The position numbers and the translations under genes are program-made. A stretch of 62,718 nucleotides of DNA, taken from positions 1 to 62,718 of the forward strand of contig JAICYT010000001.1 of assembly GCA_025934075.1 (NCBI GenBank). The letters are read 5' to 3'. The DNA comes from Gemmatimonadaceae bacterium (GTDB lineage: Bacteria; Gemmatimonadota; Gemmatimonadetes; Gemmatimonadales; Gemmatimonadaceae). The notes under the pieces were generated by a model that saw only the letters and a program-made list of their open reading frames with translations, searched no databases and was not told where the DNA came from. Positions 27,558-35,865 of the stretch are shown here, one piece after another (the first letter of the stretch is position 1; the number at the start of each line of letters is the position of its first letter).

Positions 27558-28628
27558 TCAGGGCTTCCAGTCGGCGATGAACAGGTTGAGCTCACCTTCT
27601 TTCGAGGAACGGCCGGATGCCCACACCAACTTGGTGCCGTCGGGGCTGAACATCGGGAACCCGTCGAACTCCGGATGATTCGTCACCTGCTCGAGCCCGG
27701 AGCCGTCGGAATTCACGAGGTAGAGCTCGAAGTTCCGACTCCGAGGATTCTTGTAATTCGACGAGAAGATGATGCGCCGGCCGTCGGGCGTGAAATATGG
27801 CGCGAAGTTCGCGCCGCCCAAGTTCGTGATTTGATGCTGATCCGATCCGTCGGCGTTCATGACCCAGATCTCCATGCGGTTCGGGCGCACGAGACGCTGC
27901 TTGAGTAAATCCTGATAGTTCGTCAGCGCCGTGTCGGAGGGGTGCCACGCGCGGTAAACGATCTTCTTGCCGTCGGGAGAGAAGAACGGCCCACCATCAT
28001 AGCCTGGTTGCGTGGTGAGGCGTTTGATGTTCGTCCCGTCGATGTTCATCGTGTAGATGTCGAGATCGCCGTCTTTGAGCGAGGTGAAGACGATCGTGTG
28101 GCCGTCGGGCGACAGTGTTCCTTCCGCGGTATAGACCGCATAGTTGGTGAGACGCTTGAGGCCCGAGCCGTCGTCATTCGCGGTGTAGATGTCGTACGGA
28201 TCGAGGCCCCAGACGTAGCCTTTAGACGGATCGGGTTTTCGCGGACAGGCGCTGTCGGCCGCATGCGTCGACGCGAAAAAAATTCGGCGATCGCCGTCGA
28301 AGAAGTAGCCGCACGTCGTCTTCCCGAAGCCGGTCGAGACGCGACGAACGCCACTGCCGTCGACGTTCATGACGAATTGCTGGTCGCAGGACCGTCCGTC
28401 ACGCGTCGATTGAAAGATGAGGCGCTTTCCGTCGTGGCTGAAATACGCTTCGGCGTTCTCGCCGCCGAACGTCAGTTGTCGAATCGCTCCGAAATGACGC
28501 TCACCAGTTTCCGGGCGCGGGCCGTTTGTCGGCGGCTGCATCGCCGGCTGCATGCCGGGCTGATGGCCGCAAGCGAAGACCGCCGTCGCGACTGCAGTCG
28601 CGACGGCGGTGAGAACGGAAAGTCGCAT
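27558..28628 (-). CDS. TolB-like WD40/PD40 beta-propeller repeat lipoprotein
   Basis: Lipobox AVFAC. Repeated PD40 units (SHDGKRLIFQSTRDG, SPDGHTIVFTSLKDGDLDIY, SPDGKKIVY, TPDGRRIIFSSN, SPDGTKLVWAS). Confidence 0.8.
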   Translation of the reverse strand: MRLSVLTAVATAVATAVFACGHQPGMQPAMQPPTNGPRPETGERHFGAIRQLTFGGENAEAYFSHDGKRLIFQSTRDGRSCDQQFVMNVDGSGVRRVSTGFGKTTCGYFFDGDRRIFFASTHAADSACPRKPDPSKGYVWGLDPYDIYTANDDGSGLKRLTNYAVYTAEGTLSPDGHTIVFTSLKDGDLDIYTMNIDGTNIKRLTTQPGYDGGPFFSPDGKKIVYRAWHPSDTALTNYQDLLKQRLVRPNRMEIWVMNADGSDQHQITNLGGANFAPYFTPDGRRIIFSSNYKNPRSRNFELYLVNSDGSGLEQVTNHPEFDGFPMFSPDGTKLVWASGRSSKEGELNLFIADWKP

Positions 28629-28637
28629 GCGGAAAAT

Positions 28638-30254
28638 CTAGGGCTTTTTCGGCGGCGCCGCAGCGCGGCTTGGCGCAGGCAGCGTTTCGCCCGCCATCGC
28701 GAACAGGTCGCGCTGTGATCCACCTTTGTCGAGCAAATCGATCGCTTTGCGAAGTGGCGCATCGTAGGCCAAGTCGCGGCGCTTCGCCGTGGAGTCGCCG
28801 TATGCGTAGTGCGCGATGCGCTGGTCGAGCAAACGATTCACATACCTACTTGCCGCATCATAGGTCTTGCGATCAACCGGCACGCCCCGCGATTGCAGGC
28901 GGTTGTAGAACTCCGCGTTCCACGCCGGCTCGACGGTGAACGTCGGCTTTACGGACTTCGCCAGCTCCACGCTGTAGTCGTTGAGCGCCGTGAAGAAATC
29001 CTGCCCCTTTGGAGCAACCGCCTTCGCGAACGTCTGCTCGGCCGCGGTCAGCGTGTCGTCGTTGACGATGACGTCTGGAGTGATGCCGCCGCCGCCGTAC
29101 ACGACACGCCCGGCGTCGGACTTGTACGTGGGACGATTCCGCTTGCTGACATTGGTCTCGTTCGAATCCGGCGTCTCTTCGACGAACTGTCCGTTCACAA
29201 ACTTGCGCGGGCGCTGAATCGAACGACCGCTCGGCGTGAACCATTTGCCGGTGGTCAGCTTGAGCGCGTAGCCACCATCGAGGTTGTAGACGCCTTGAAC
29301 GAGCCCCTTGCCGAAGCTCGTTTGGCCGACGACAAGTGCGCGATCATGATCCTGCAATGCGCCGGTCACGATCTCCGACGCGGACGCGCTGCGTTCGTCG
29401 GTGAGAACGACGAGCGGAATGGAGGGCGCGATCGGAGCCGCCTTCGCGGTGTAATTCTCGGTCGGACCTTCGCGTCCCTTCACGCTGGCGATCTGCTGCC
29501 CGGCTTGCAGGAACATGTTGGCGATGTCGAGGCTCTCGGTGAGAATGCCACCGGGATCGCCGCGGAGATCGATGATCAAACCGCGGGCACCCTGTGCCTG
29601 GAACTGCTTGAGCGCGGCCGCGAGGTTTTCGGCTGCATTCTCATTGAACTGCTGGAGCGGGATGTACCCGATCTTGTTGTTGAACGACAGCGTGTATGGA
29701 ACCGCCGGAATGTGAATCTCGGCACGTGTGAACGTCGCTTCGATCGGCGTGGAGACGCCGGGACGAGCAAATGTCGCGCGCACCTTGGTGCCCGGCGTTC
29801 CAGTGAGCGAATCGGAGACCTGACTGATCGTCCAGCCGCGGGTCGACAACGTGTCGACCTTCACGATCAGGTCGCCTTCTCGAATGCCCCCCGTCTCCGC
29901 CGGCGTATTCGGGTATACCGTCGCGACTTTGATGACATGCGTCTGTGGATCTTCTTCGATGGCCATTCCAAGGCCGCCGTAGCGGCCACCGGTTCGGCTG
30001 TTGAACTGCTTGAGATCTTTGGGCGTGAGCAACTCGCTGTACGGATCGTTCAGCTCTTTGACCAGCCCGCGAGCCGCCTTCTCGTAGACAGCGGAGAGCG
30101 GCAGCGTGTCGACGTACCGATCGCTGACAAGCGACATCACCTGCTCCAAGAGCGCGGTACCCTCGCGCTGCCCGTGGGACTGCAGCAGGAAGCCGCCGGC
30201 GACCACCGGGATCAGGAGCGCGCCGATCAGCGCGGTTTTGCGAATACGTGGCAT
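28638..30254 (-). CDS. ctpA: S41-family carboxy-terminal processing peptidase (PDZ-containing)
   Basis: PDZ region (GGIREGDLIVKVD), LIIDLRGDPGG, and SASASEIVTGALQDH...GKG, which contains the catalytic Ser/Lys motifs. Confidence 0.9.
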   Translation of the reverse strand: MPRIRKTALIGALLIPVVAGGFLLQSHGQREGTALLEQVMSLVSDRYVDTLPLSAVYEKAARGLVKELNDPYSELLTPKDLKQFNSRTGGRYGGLGMAIEEDPQTHVIKVATVYPNTPAETGGIREGDLIVKVDTLSTRGWTISQVSDSLTGTPGTKVRATFARPGVSTPIEATFTRAEIHIPAVPYTLSFNNKIGYIPLQQFNENAAENLAAALKQFQAQGARGLIIDLRGDPGGILTESLDIANMFLQAGQQIASVKGREGPTENYTAKAAPIAPSIPLVVLTDERSASASEIVTGALQDHDRALVVGQTSFGKGLVQGVYNLDGGYALKLTTGKWFTPSGRSIQRPRKFVNGQFVEETPDSNETNVSKRNRPTYKSDAGRVVYGGGGITPDVIVNDDTLTAAEQTFAKAVAPKGQDFFTALNDYSVELAKSVKPTFTVEPAWNAEFYNRLQSRGVPVDRKTYDAASRYVNRLLDQRIAHYAYGDSTAKRRDLAYDAPLRKAIDLLDKGGSQRDLFAMAGETLPAPSRAAAPPKKP

Positions 30255-30320
30255 TCGAATGTCCAGCGTGTGATGTACTTGAACGATAACTGCATCGAGA
30301 ACGTTGCCCGTGTCAGGCGC

Positions 30321-30560
30321 CTAACGCTCTTCCGGCGTTTCCGGCGAGCCCGGCGTATCGTGGCCGCGTCGTGCCCAGAGAGACTTCCAGGATAGTGCCA
30401 CGCCGGAGCGAAATCGCTTTTTCGTCAGCCGAAATCCGTCCGGAGAGATCGCGATCGTGTACGGCTCGCCGTCGATCTCGATCTCGCGTCTTATGGTTTT
30501 GTCGAGCTTGGTGGCCATGGGATGTACGAAGTAATACACGGGTCGGAGGCGGCTGTTCAT
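30321..30560 (-). CDS. Hypothetical small protein downstream of the RepA-like gene
   Basis: Open frame with candidate starts at 30560 (ATG), 30539 (GTG) and 30518 (ATG). No SD is visible and no family recognised. Confidence 0.35.
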   Translation of the reverse strand: MNSRLRPVYYFVHPMATKLDKTIRREIEIDGEPYTIAISPDGFRLTKKRFRSGVALSWKSLWARRGHDTPGSPETPEER

Positions 30561-30583
30561 GTCGAACCGCAGCCCGGGGTTGG

Positions 30584-31432
30584 CTACTGTCTGCCGGCAA
30601 GCACATAATCGACGAACCACTCTCGCTGTTGTTGACGAACCACTGCTTCGCGGATCACTCCGCTGTCCTTGAGCATATCATGCGCCGGCTGCAAAACGCG
30701 CTGCAAATGCGACGGATATCGTTGTGCGAGCGGGAGTTGCTCGCGAATCCGCTCCAGCGAGACCCGCCAGGCCAATGCCCCACCGGCTCGCGCGACTTCG
30801 ATCAACCGATAGAGCCGCCGAGCGACCGGGGAGGGCAACGAGAAGTATCGGGAAATGCTGAGAGAGATCACGTGCCTCGCCGTCACATTTTGCCTGACGA
30901 TCGGCGAAATGATGACTCGGGCTTCGCCCGGCTCGGCGGCAATGATCGATGGGAAGAGCGCGAGCTGATCGCGCTCGAGTGAACGCCGTCGCTCGACCAT
31001 GACCGAGCTCAGTAACGTGAAACTCACATCGGCAGGCGCGGAAACCGCTGCGTCGAAATAGCTGCCCTCGGATTGCAGAGTTGTCTTCTCCAAGCGCGTC
31101 AACGCGCCGCGAAGCTGTTCGTATGTTCGACCATCGACTTGACGTCCCATCGATCGAAGAAACGCGTGAAGCGTGAATGACAGGATTCCATCGGTCGGCT
31201 CGCCAGCCTCCTGGTAGCGCCGCATCAGCTCGATATAAACGTCCTGGTCGAACGTGCCGGGCAGCCGGTCACCGGGACTCGCCAGCACGCGCCATCGACC
31301 GCCGTCGTCCGTCACATAGGAGATCGCAGCTTCGTCGGGGGTGTCGCTGAGTCGAAAAAGCGGAAATTCCTCCAGCGAGCGGTCGAGGAGCACAGCTCGC
31401 GCGTGCGATCGGCGTTTCGCGGCGAGCGTCAT
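30584..31432 (-). CDS. Replication initiator protein A (RepA/RPA-family)-like protein
   Basis: LEEFPLFRLSD...LPGTFDQDVYIELMRRY......FTLHAFLRSMG...DGRTYEQLRGALTRLEKTTL resembles the N-terminal signature of the 'replication initiator protein A' family as I recall it. 282 aa. Confidence 0.55.
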   Translation of the reverse strand: MTLAAKRRSHARAVLLDRSLEEFPLFRLSDTPDEAAISYVTDDGGRWRVLASPGDRLPGTFDQDVYIELMRRYQEAGEPTDGILSFTLHAFLRSMGRQVDGRTYEQLRGALTRLEKTTLQSEGSYFDAAVSAPADVSFTLLSSVMVERRRSLERDQLALFPSIIAAEPGEARVIISPIVRQNVTARHVISLSISRYFSLPSPVARRLYRLIEVARAGGALAWRVSLERIREQLPLAQRYPSHLQRVLQPAHDMLKDSGVIREAVVRQQQREWFVDYVLAGRQ

Positions 31433-31445
31433 TCGACCTGGCGAC

Positions 31446-32153
31446 TCATGCTAGTGGAAGTAGCACGCCGGAAATTGCGCTCGCATCCTCGGAGCAGAGA
31501 AACGTCACGGCAGCGGCTACCTGCTCGCGCTCAACGTACCGGACACCGTCGCCCATGCTGCCGAGGTTCGCGGCAGTGCGAATCGCCGCGGGGGCCAAAG
31601 CGTTGGCCCGCACGCCGTTCTTCCGTTCTTCAGCGGCGATCGCGCGCATGAGTGTCGCGACGCCCGTTTTGGCGATCGCGTAGCTCGACATTTCAGCGAT
31701 CGCTGCGCCGGGTAACGCGGCCTGCGACGAGAAAAGCACGATCGAGCCTCGGTCGGCGCGAAGCAGGGGCAGGAAGGCTCGGGTCGTCAAGTATGCGGTG
31801 CCGAGCTGCAGGTCGATCTGCTTTTTCCAGTCGGCCGCCGAGCTTTCGGCGACCGGCCCGGACATGGCGAATCCACCAACCATGTGCACGAGCGCGCGGA
31901 GACGGTCGCCGTGATCTTGACGTATGACGTCCGCGAGCGCGGCGACGGCATCGGCGTTGGCCAGATCGCAGGCGTACCCGCGCGCCGCATGCCCGGCTGC
32001 GCCGATTGCGGCTGCCTGCGCCTGAGCTTTCTCCAAGGTGCGGTCCACGAGGATCAGCGAGGCGCCCAGGTTCGCGAACGCCTGGGCCACGATCTCGCCC
32101 ACTTGGCCTTCGCCGCCGACGCCTGTGAGTAGAACACTTGAATCGGTGAACAC
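31446..32153 (-). CDS. Short-chain dehydrogenase/reductase (SDR)
   Basis: LLTGVGGEGQVG nucleotide-binding motif; SSYAIAK contains the YxxxK catalytic motif. Confidence 0.85.
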   Translation of the reverse strand: MFTDSSVLLTGVGGEGQVGEIVAQAFANLGASLILVDRTLEKAQAQAAAIGAAGHAARGYACDLANADAVAALADVIRQDHGDRLRALVHMVGGFAMSGPVAESSAADWKKQIDLQLGTAYLTTRAFLPLLRADRGSIVLFSSQAALPGAAIAEMSSYAIAKTGVATLMRAIAAEERKNGVRANALAPAAIRTAANLGSMGDGVRYVEREQVAAAVTFLCSEDASAISGVLLPLA

Positions 32154-32272
32154 CAGCGCGTTGGTTGGTGAATGTGGTCGATTGATCCTGACGCTAACGA
32201 TGGCGCATACGGCGCGCCGGGACCAGAACCGAACCCGACTCTGGCACGAACCGTGTTAGTGATCGTTCGATA

Positions 32273-33568
32273 ATGTCTCGACTAAGACGTGTTCTTTTGG
32301 TTGTCGTCGGCGCCATCGTCGTGGCTCTGGCGCTCATTGGAGCGCTCAGCATCACGCGCGGAACTCCCGTCGGCAGAGTGGTCACGCTGTCTGACTCCGG
32401 TCCACCTCCGGTCACCGATTCCCTTTTCGAACGCACGTTCGAGCTATTCACAGGAACGCACGTCTATCCTGGGAACGTCGTGACACAGGCGCTCAACGGC
32501 GCGGGCACCTATCCGCAACTGTGGACCGATCTGCGATCGGCGCGGAATACCATCACGGTGCAGATGTACTACTCGCTTCCAGGAAAAGTCGCCGACACGC
32601 TTGCCGCGATCCTCAAGGAACGCGCGCGCGCGCACATACGCGTTCTGTTCCTCATCGATGCATTCGGCTCGCAACATCTCTCGAAGGACTGGCTTGCCTC
32701 GTTGCGAGAGGCCGGCGTCGAAGTCGCCAAACTTCGCAAACTTCGGTGGTACACGATTCACGACGCTGGCGATCGCTCGCACGTCCGCGTCGTCGTCGTG
32801 GATGGACGCATCGGCTGGACTGGCGGTTTCGGCTTGGCCGACTACTGGCTTGGCGACGGTCATCATCCAGACCAGTGGCGTGAATCGAACGTGCGATTCC
32901 AAGGACCGGCGGTAATGGAGCTACAGGCCGCATTCGCGGCTGCCTGGGCCGAGGCTACCGGAGAGCTGCTCACCGGCTCGCTGTTCTTTCCGAATAGTGG
33001 CTTTCAACCAGTCGGACCAACGCACGCCGGACTGCTCTACACGGCGCCGACCACCGGCAGCACTCCCGCCGAGCGATTTCTGGCCCTGACGTTGAGTGCG
33101 GCCCGCAAGCGGTTGTACGTCACCAATTCGTACTTCGTGCCCGACGACGATTTCCGTCGGCTGCTCGAGCGCGCGGCGCGGCGCGGCGTCGATGTGCGCG
33201 TGTTGACGACCAGCGCCAACACCGACGTGAAAACCACCTGGTACGCCGGCCGCTATCACTACGAAGAGTTGCTGGGGCGCGGCGTGCGCATCTTCGAATA
33301 CCAACCGACGATGCTGCACTCCAAAACGATCGTCGTCGACGGGATGTGGGGCTCGATCGGCTCGATGAACTTCGACAATCGGTCGCTGGCGTTCAATGAC
33401 GAGTCGAATCTCGTCGTGCTCGACTCGGCCATTGGCGCGCAGATGGATTCAGTGTTCTTCGACGACCTTCGCTACGCCAAAGAGATCAAGCTCGATGAGT
33501 TTCGCCGGCGATCCGTTTGGTCGAAGATGCTCGAAGCGGGCGCCACGCTCCTGTCGCGTCTTCTCTAG
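32273..33568 (+). CDS. cls: Cardiolipin synthase / phospholipase D-family protein
   Basis: N-terminal TM segment and two HKD-type motifs: HVRVVVVDG...GG.G (first, with Arg in the Lys position) and HSKTIVVDGMWGSIGSMNFDNRS (second). Confidence 0.85.
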   Translation: MSRLRRVLLVVVGAIVVALALIGALSITRGTPVGRVVTLSDSGPPPVTDSLFERTFELFTGTHVYPGNVVTQALNGAGTYPQLWTDLRSARNTITVQMYYSLPGKVADTLAAILKERARAHIRVLFLIDAFGSQHLSKDWLASLREAGVEVAKLRKLRWYTIHDAGDRSHVRVVVVDGRIGWTGGFGLADYWLGDGHHPDQWRESNVRFQGPAVMELQAAFAAAWAEATGELLTGSLFFPNSGFQPVGPTHAGLLYTAPTTGSTPAERFLALTLSAARKRLYVTNSYFVPDDDFRRLLERAARRGVDVRVLTTSANTDVKTTWYAGRYHYEELLGRGVRIFEYQPTMLHSKTIVVDGMWGSIGSMNFDNRSLAFNDESNLVVLDSAIGAQMDSVFFDDLRYAKEIKLDEFRRRSVWSKMLEAGATLLSRLL

Positions 33569-33590
33569 TGTCCTGCTCCATCGGAAATCG

Positions 33591-34139
33591 CTAGCGAATA
33601 TCCTCGCGCCCCAGCGCAGCGCGAACGGCTTCTCGCATGGCCATCAACGCTTCGTCGCGCGAGGACGGCGAGTCATCGCGCACGTGGAGCTCGACACCGT
33701 CGGCCACGGCTACGCGGCGCCAGCTTGCGGAAGCTTCATTGTCGGTCGCTTGGCGGCGAGTTTCGACAGTGGCGTCGAGGGCAGCGGCGAGCGACGTCGC
33801 GACCCGTCGCTCGAGTGCGTCGCCGGTGAATTCCTTCATTTCCTTCTTGATCACATCCAAGCTCGCGCCTTCGCGCTGGCGGATCTTGATCGCGACGAGT
33901 TGGAGGAAATGACGATAGTTGTACGTCGCGGATGTGCCGGTTCCTTCTGGTCGTTCCAGCAAATGGTTGGCGACATAGAAGCGAATCGACCGCGCACTCG
34001 GCGCGGCGCGGGCCGATGCATTCGTTGGCCGAACGCCGGCTGCATCGACGAGACCCGTCACCTGGGCCGCGAGGCCTCGGGCATTCCATGGTGCCTGGCG
34101 CGCATACGACCGGAGGAGAGCGATCGGGGAGTCGGACAT
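33591..34139 (-). CDS. MerR-like HTH protein (weak assignment)
   Basis: SIRFYVANHLLERPEG...YNYRHFLQLVAIKIRQREGASLDVIKKEM resembles the MerR wing/helix pattern (tiRyYe..gLl.p....R.Y....l..l..I......G.sl.eI). Its start overlaps the stop of the upstream kinase-like gene by 1 nt. Confidence 0.45.
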   Translation of the reverse strand: MSDSPIALLRSYARQAPWNARGLAAQVTGLVDAAGVRPTNASARAAPSARSIRFYVANHLLERPEGTGTSATYNYRHFLQLVAIKIRQREGASLDVIKKEMKEFTGDALERRVATSLAAALDATVETRRQATDNEASASWRRVAVADGVELHVRDDSPSSRDEALMAMREAVRAALGREDIR

Positions 34140-34870
34140 CAGACCGGGTGCGCCGGGGGAAGGGTCAGCGTCAGGGTCGCGCCGAAACCATCGGCGCTGT
34201 CGAGTGTGATCGTTCCCCCGTGCTCACTCACGACGCGATGGGCGACCGCGAGTCCGATGCCGGCGTGACCCGACTTCGTGGTAAAGAGCAACTCGAACGC
34301 GTGCGGCAAGGCATCAGGCGAGACGGCCGGTCCGTCGTTGTGCAGCTGTGAGCGCCACGTGCCGTCGTCGGACGTCGTCGACGTGATTCTCAGATCGCTG
34401 CCCTCAGGGGCTGCCTCGATCGCATTGGTCAGCGCGTTTGCCCAGGCTTGGCCGAGTTGCTCGGCGTCGATTCCGCATGAGGCTCGTTGCTGCGCGGGCG
34501 AGTGATGCATGAGCAGTGCTTTGCTCTCGAGAGCACCGCGATGCCCATCGATGACCGTAGCCCAGAGGTCGTCAGGATCGCCAGGCACGAGGCGGACGGG
34601 GGCCGGACGGCCGTAGTCGATGAGCGATGCGACCAGCGCGTTCAGCCGCTCCGCCTCGCGCAAAATGCGGCCGATGTTCTTGTCGACGAGCGGATCATCG
34701 GTGATGCGGTAGCGAAGGAGCTGGGCGGCTGACGCGATGGCGAACACCGGAGTGCGCAGCTCTTGAGCGATCGCCGTCGCGACGTTCTGCGAAACCTTCA
34801 CGCGCTCGCGATGGAGCGTGCGGGTTGTGATCGGCGTCTCGCGACGAAGCTCGGGCTCTGCGGCGGTCAT
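34139..34870 (-). CDS. Cytoplasmic histidine-kinase-like protein with Gln replacing the phospho-acceptor His
   Basis: DHp H-box reads AIAQELRTPVFAI (canonical SHELRTPL); the Gln codon CAA is at 34763-34765. The HATPase_c N, G1, F and G2 boxes are present (NALTNAIEA, HNDGPAV, FELLFTTK, GHAGIGLAV). No sensor or TM region. Confidence 0.75.
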   Translation of the reverse strand: MTAAEPELRRETPITTRTLHRERVKVSQNVATAIAQELRTPVFAIASAAQLLRYRITDDPLVDKNIGRILREAERLNALVASLIDYGRPAPVRLVPGDPDDLWATVIDGHRGALESKALLMHHSPAQQRASCGIDAEQLGQAWANALTNAIEAAPEGSDLRITSTTSDDGTWRSQLHNDGPAVSPDALPHAFELLFTTKSGHAGIGLAVAHRVVSEHGGTITLDSADGFGATLTLTLPPAHPV

Positions 34871-34887
34871 GCTGGATATTAATAAAT

Positions 34888-34929
34888 CAACGGCAGCGGA
34901 ACGTGCATGCCGACGCTCCGCTGCCGTTG
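34888..34929 (-). terminator. Hairpin between the acidic/basic protein gene and the kinase-like gene
   Basis: CAACGGCAGCGGA-(16 nt)-TCCGCTGCCGTTG forms a 13-bp perfect stem. On the - strand it is followed by ATTTATTAATAT. Confidence 0.5.
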
Positions 34930-34945
34930 GTAGTCTTCAGAGGTC

Positions 34946-35662
34946 TCAGCGCCGCCCTGAGCGTGCGCTACTTTTTTTCCCGCTCTTCTTCGCGGCTTTT
35001 TTCGCGCTGCCCTTGGACCCACTCTTCTTTCCGGAGCTCTTGGTTGCTCCGCGCTTAGCGCTTCCCTTCTTTGCTGGCGCGCTCTTCGCGGCCTTCTTGG
35101 CGCTGGTCGTCTTGGCGCCGCCTTTCTTTGCGGCACTCTTGCTCGGGGCATTTTTCTTTCCCGCGGCCTTTTTCGCAGCAGGAGCTCTTGCTCCGTCGTT
35201 CTTCGCTACCTTCTTCGCCGCGGGCTGGCTCACCGCGCTCTTGGCCGCCGATTTCCCCGCGGCTCCGGACATCGGTGCTGTCTTAGCCGCGGGCGCAGCC
35301 GCCGCACTCGGCGCGGTTCCACCGATTGCCGCCCCACCGCCGCTCGTCGGGGCCGTTTTCGCGCGCGGCGGACGGCCTGGACGACCAGGACGACGCGCGC
35401 CGCCAAAGACGTCGACTTCCTCTTCCTCCTCGTCGACGGTCTCCACGGTCACCGGCTCTTCGTCCTCGTCGTCGACGTCGTCCGTGCTGTCCCAGAGGTC
35501 GTCGCTGTCGTCCTTGTGGGTCATCCAGCCGCCATCTTCGTCGTCGTCGTCGTCGTAGGACGCGCCGCCTCCGCCGCCACCGCCACCATATCCTAGATCA
35601 TCGACGTCATCATCTCGATCGGAGAGGTGGTACTCCTCGTGCAACTCGTCACCTCGCGGCAT
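34946..35662 (-). CDS. Charge-segregated disordered protein: poly-Asp/Glu N-terminal half plus Lys/Ala-rich H1-like C-terminal half
   Basis: 238 aa, with AGGAGG 6 nt upstream of the ATG. Residues 1-85 contain 38 D/E and 3 K/R. Residues 89-238 contain 31 K, 10 R and one D. The + strand ORF 34818-35558 is a low-complexity shadow. Confidence 0.7.
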   Translation of the reverse strand: MPRGDELHEEYHLSDRDDDVDDLGYGGGGGGGGASYDDDDDEDGGWMTHKDDSDDLWDSTDDVDDEDEEPVTVETVDEEEEEVDVFGGARRPGRPGRPPRAKTAPTSGGGAAIGGTAPSAAAAPAAKTAPMSGAAGKSAAKSAVSQPAAKKVAKNDGARAPAAKKAAGKKNAPSKSAAKKGGAKTTSAKKAAKSAPAKKGSAKRGATKSSGKKSGSKGSAKKAAKKSGKKSSARSGRR

Positions 35663-35865
35663 GCTTGCCTCCTGAGGGTTATGTAATCAGAAAATCAATC
35701 AATGGCCGGCGCAGGATCAGCGAGCCGGCTGCACTTCACGTGCCGGTTACCGAATGGCGCACCGCACATCGTGCGACGCTTCTGCTCAACGCCTTAGTAT
35801 ACCGGGGCAGGTACTTCGTCAAGATGACGTCGTATGTGTCTCACACGAACTAAGGAATTCGCATC

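Noticed and set aside
27558-32153. RepA-like gene as evidence that this region is a prophage or integrated plasmid
   Set aside because: There is no integrase, partition, conjugation or phage gene, no flanking direct repeats seen, and no obvious compositional shift. The neighbours are ordinary housekeeping genes in tight co-directional spacing.
34818-35558. 246-aa + strand ORF rich in Phe/Leu/Ala repeats
   Set aside because: It is the mirror image of the Lys/Ala- and Asp/Glu-rich - strand gene, with AAG/GCC codons read backwards. The - strand frame has a strong SD, and this one has no start context.
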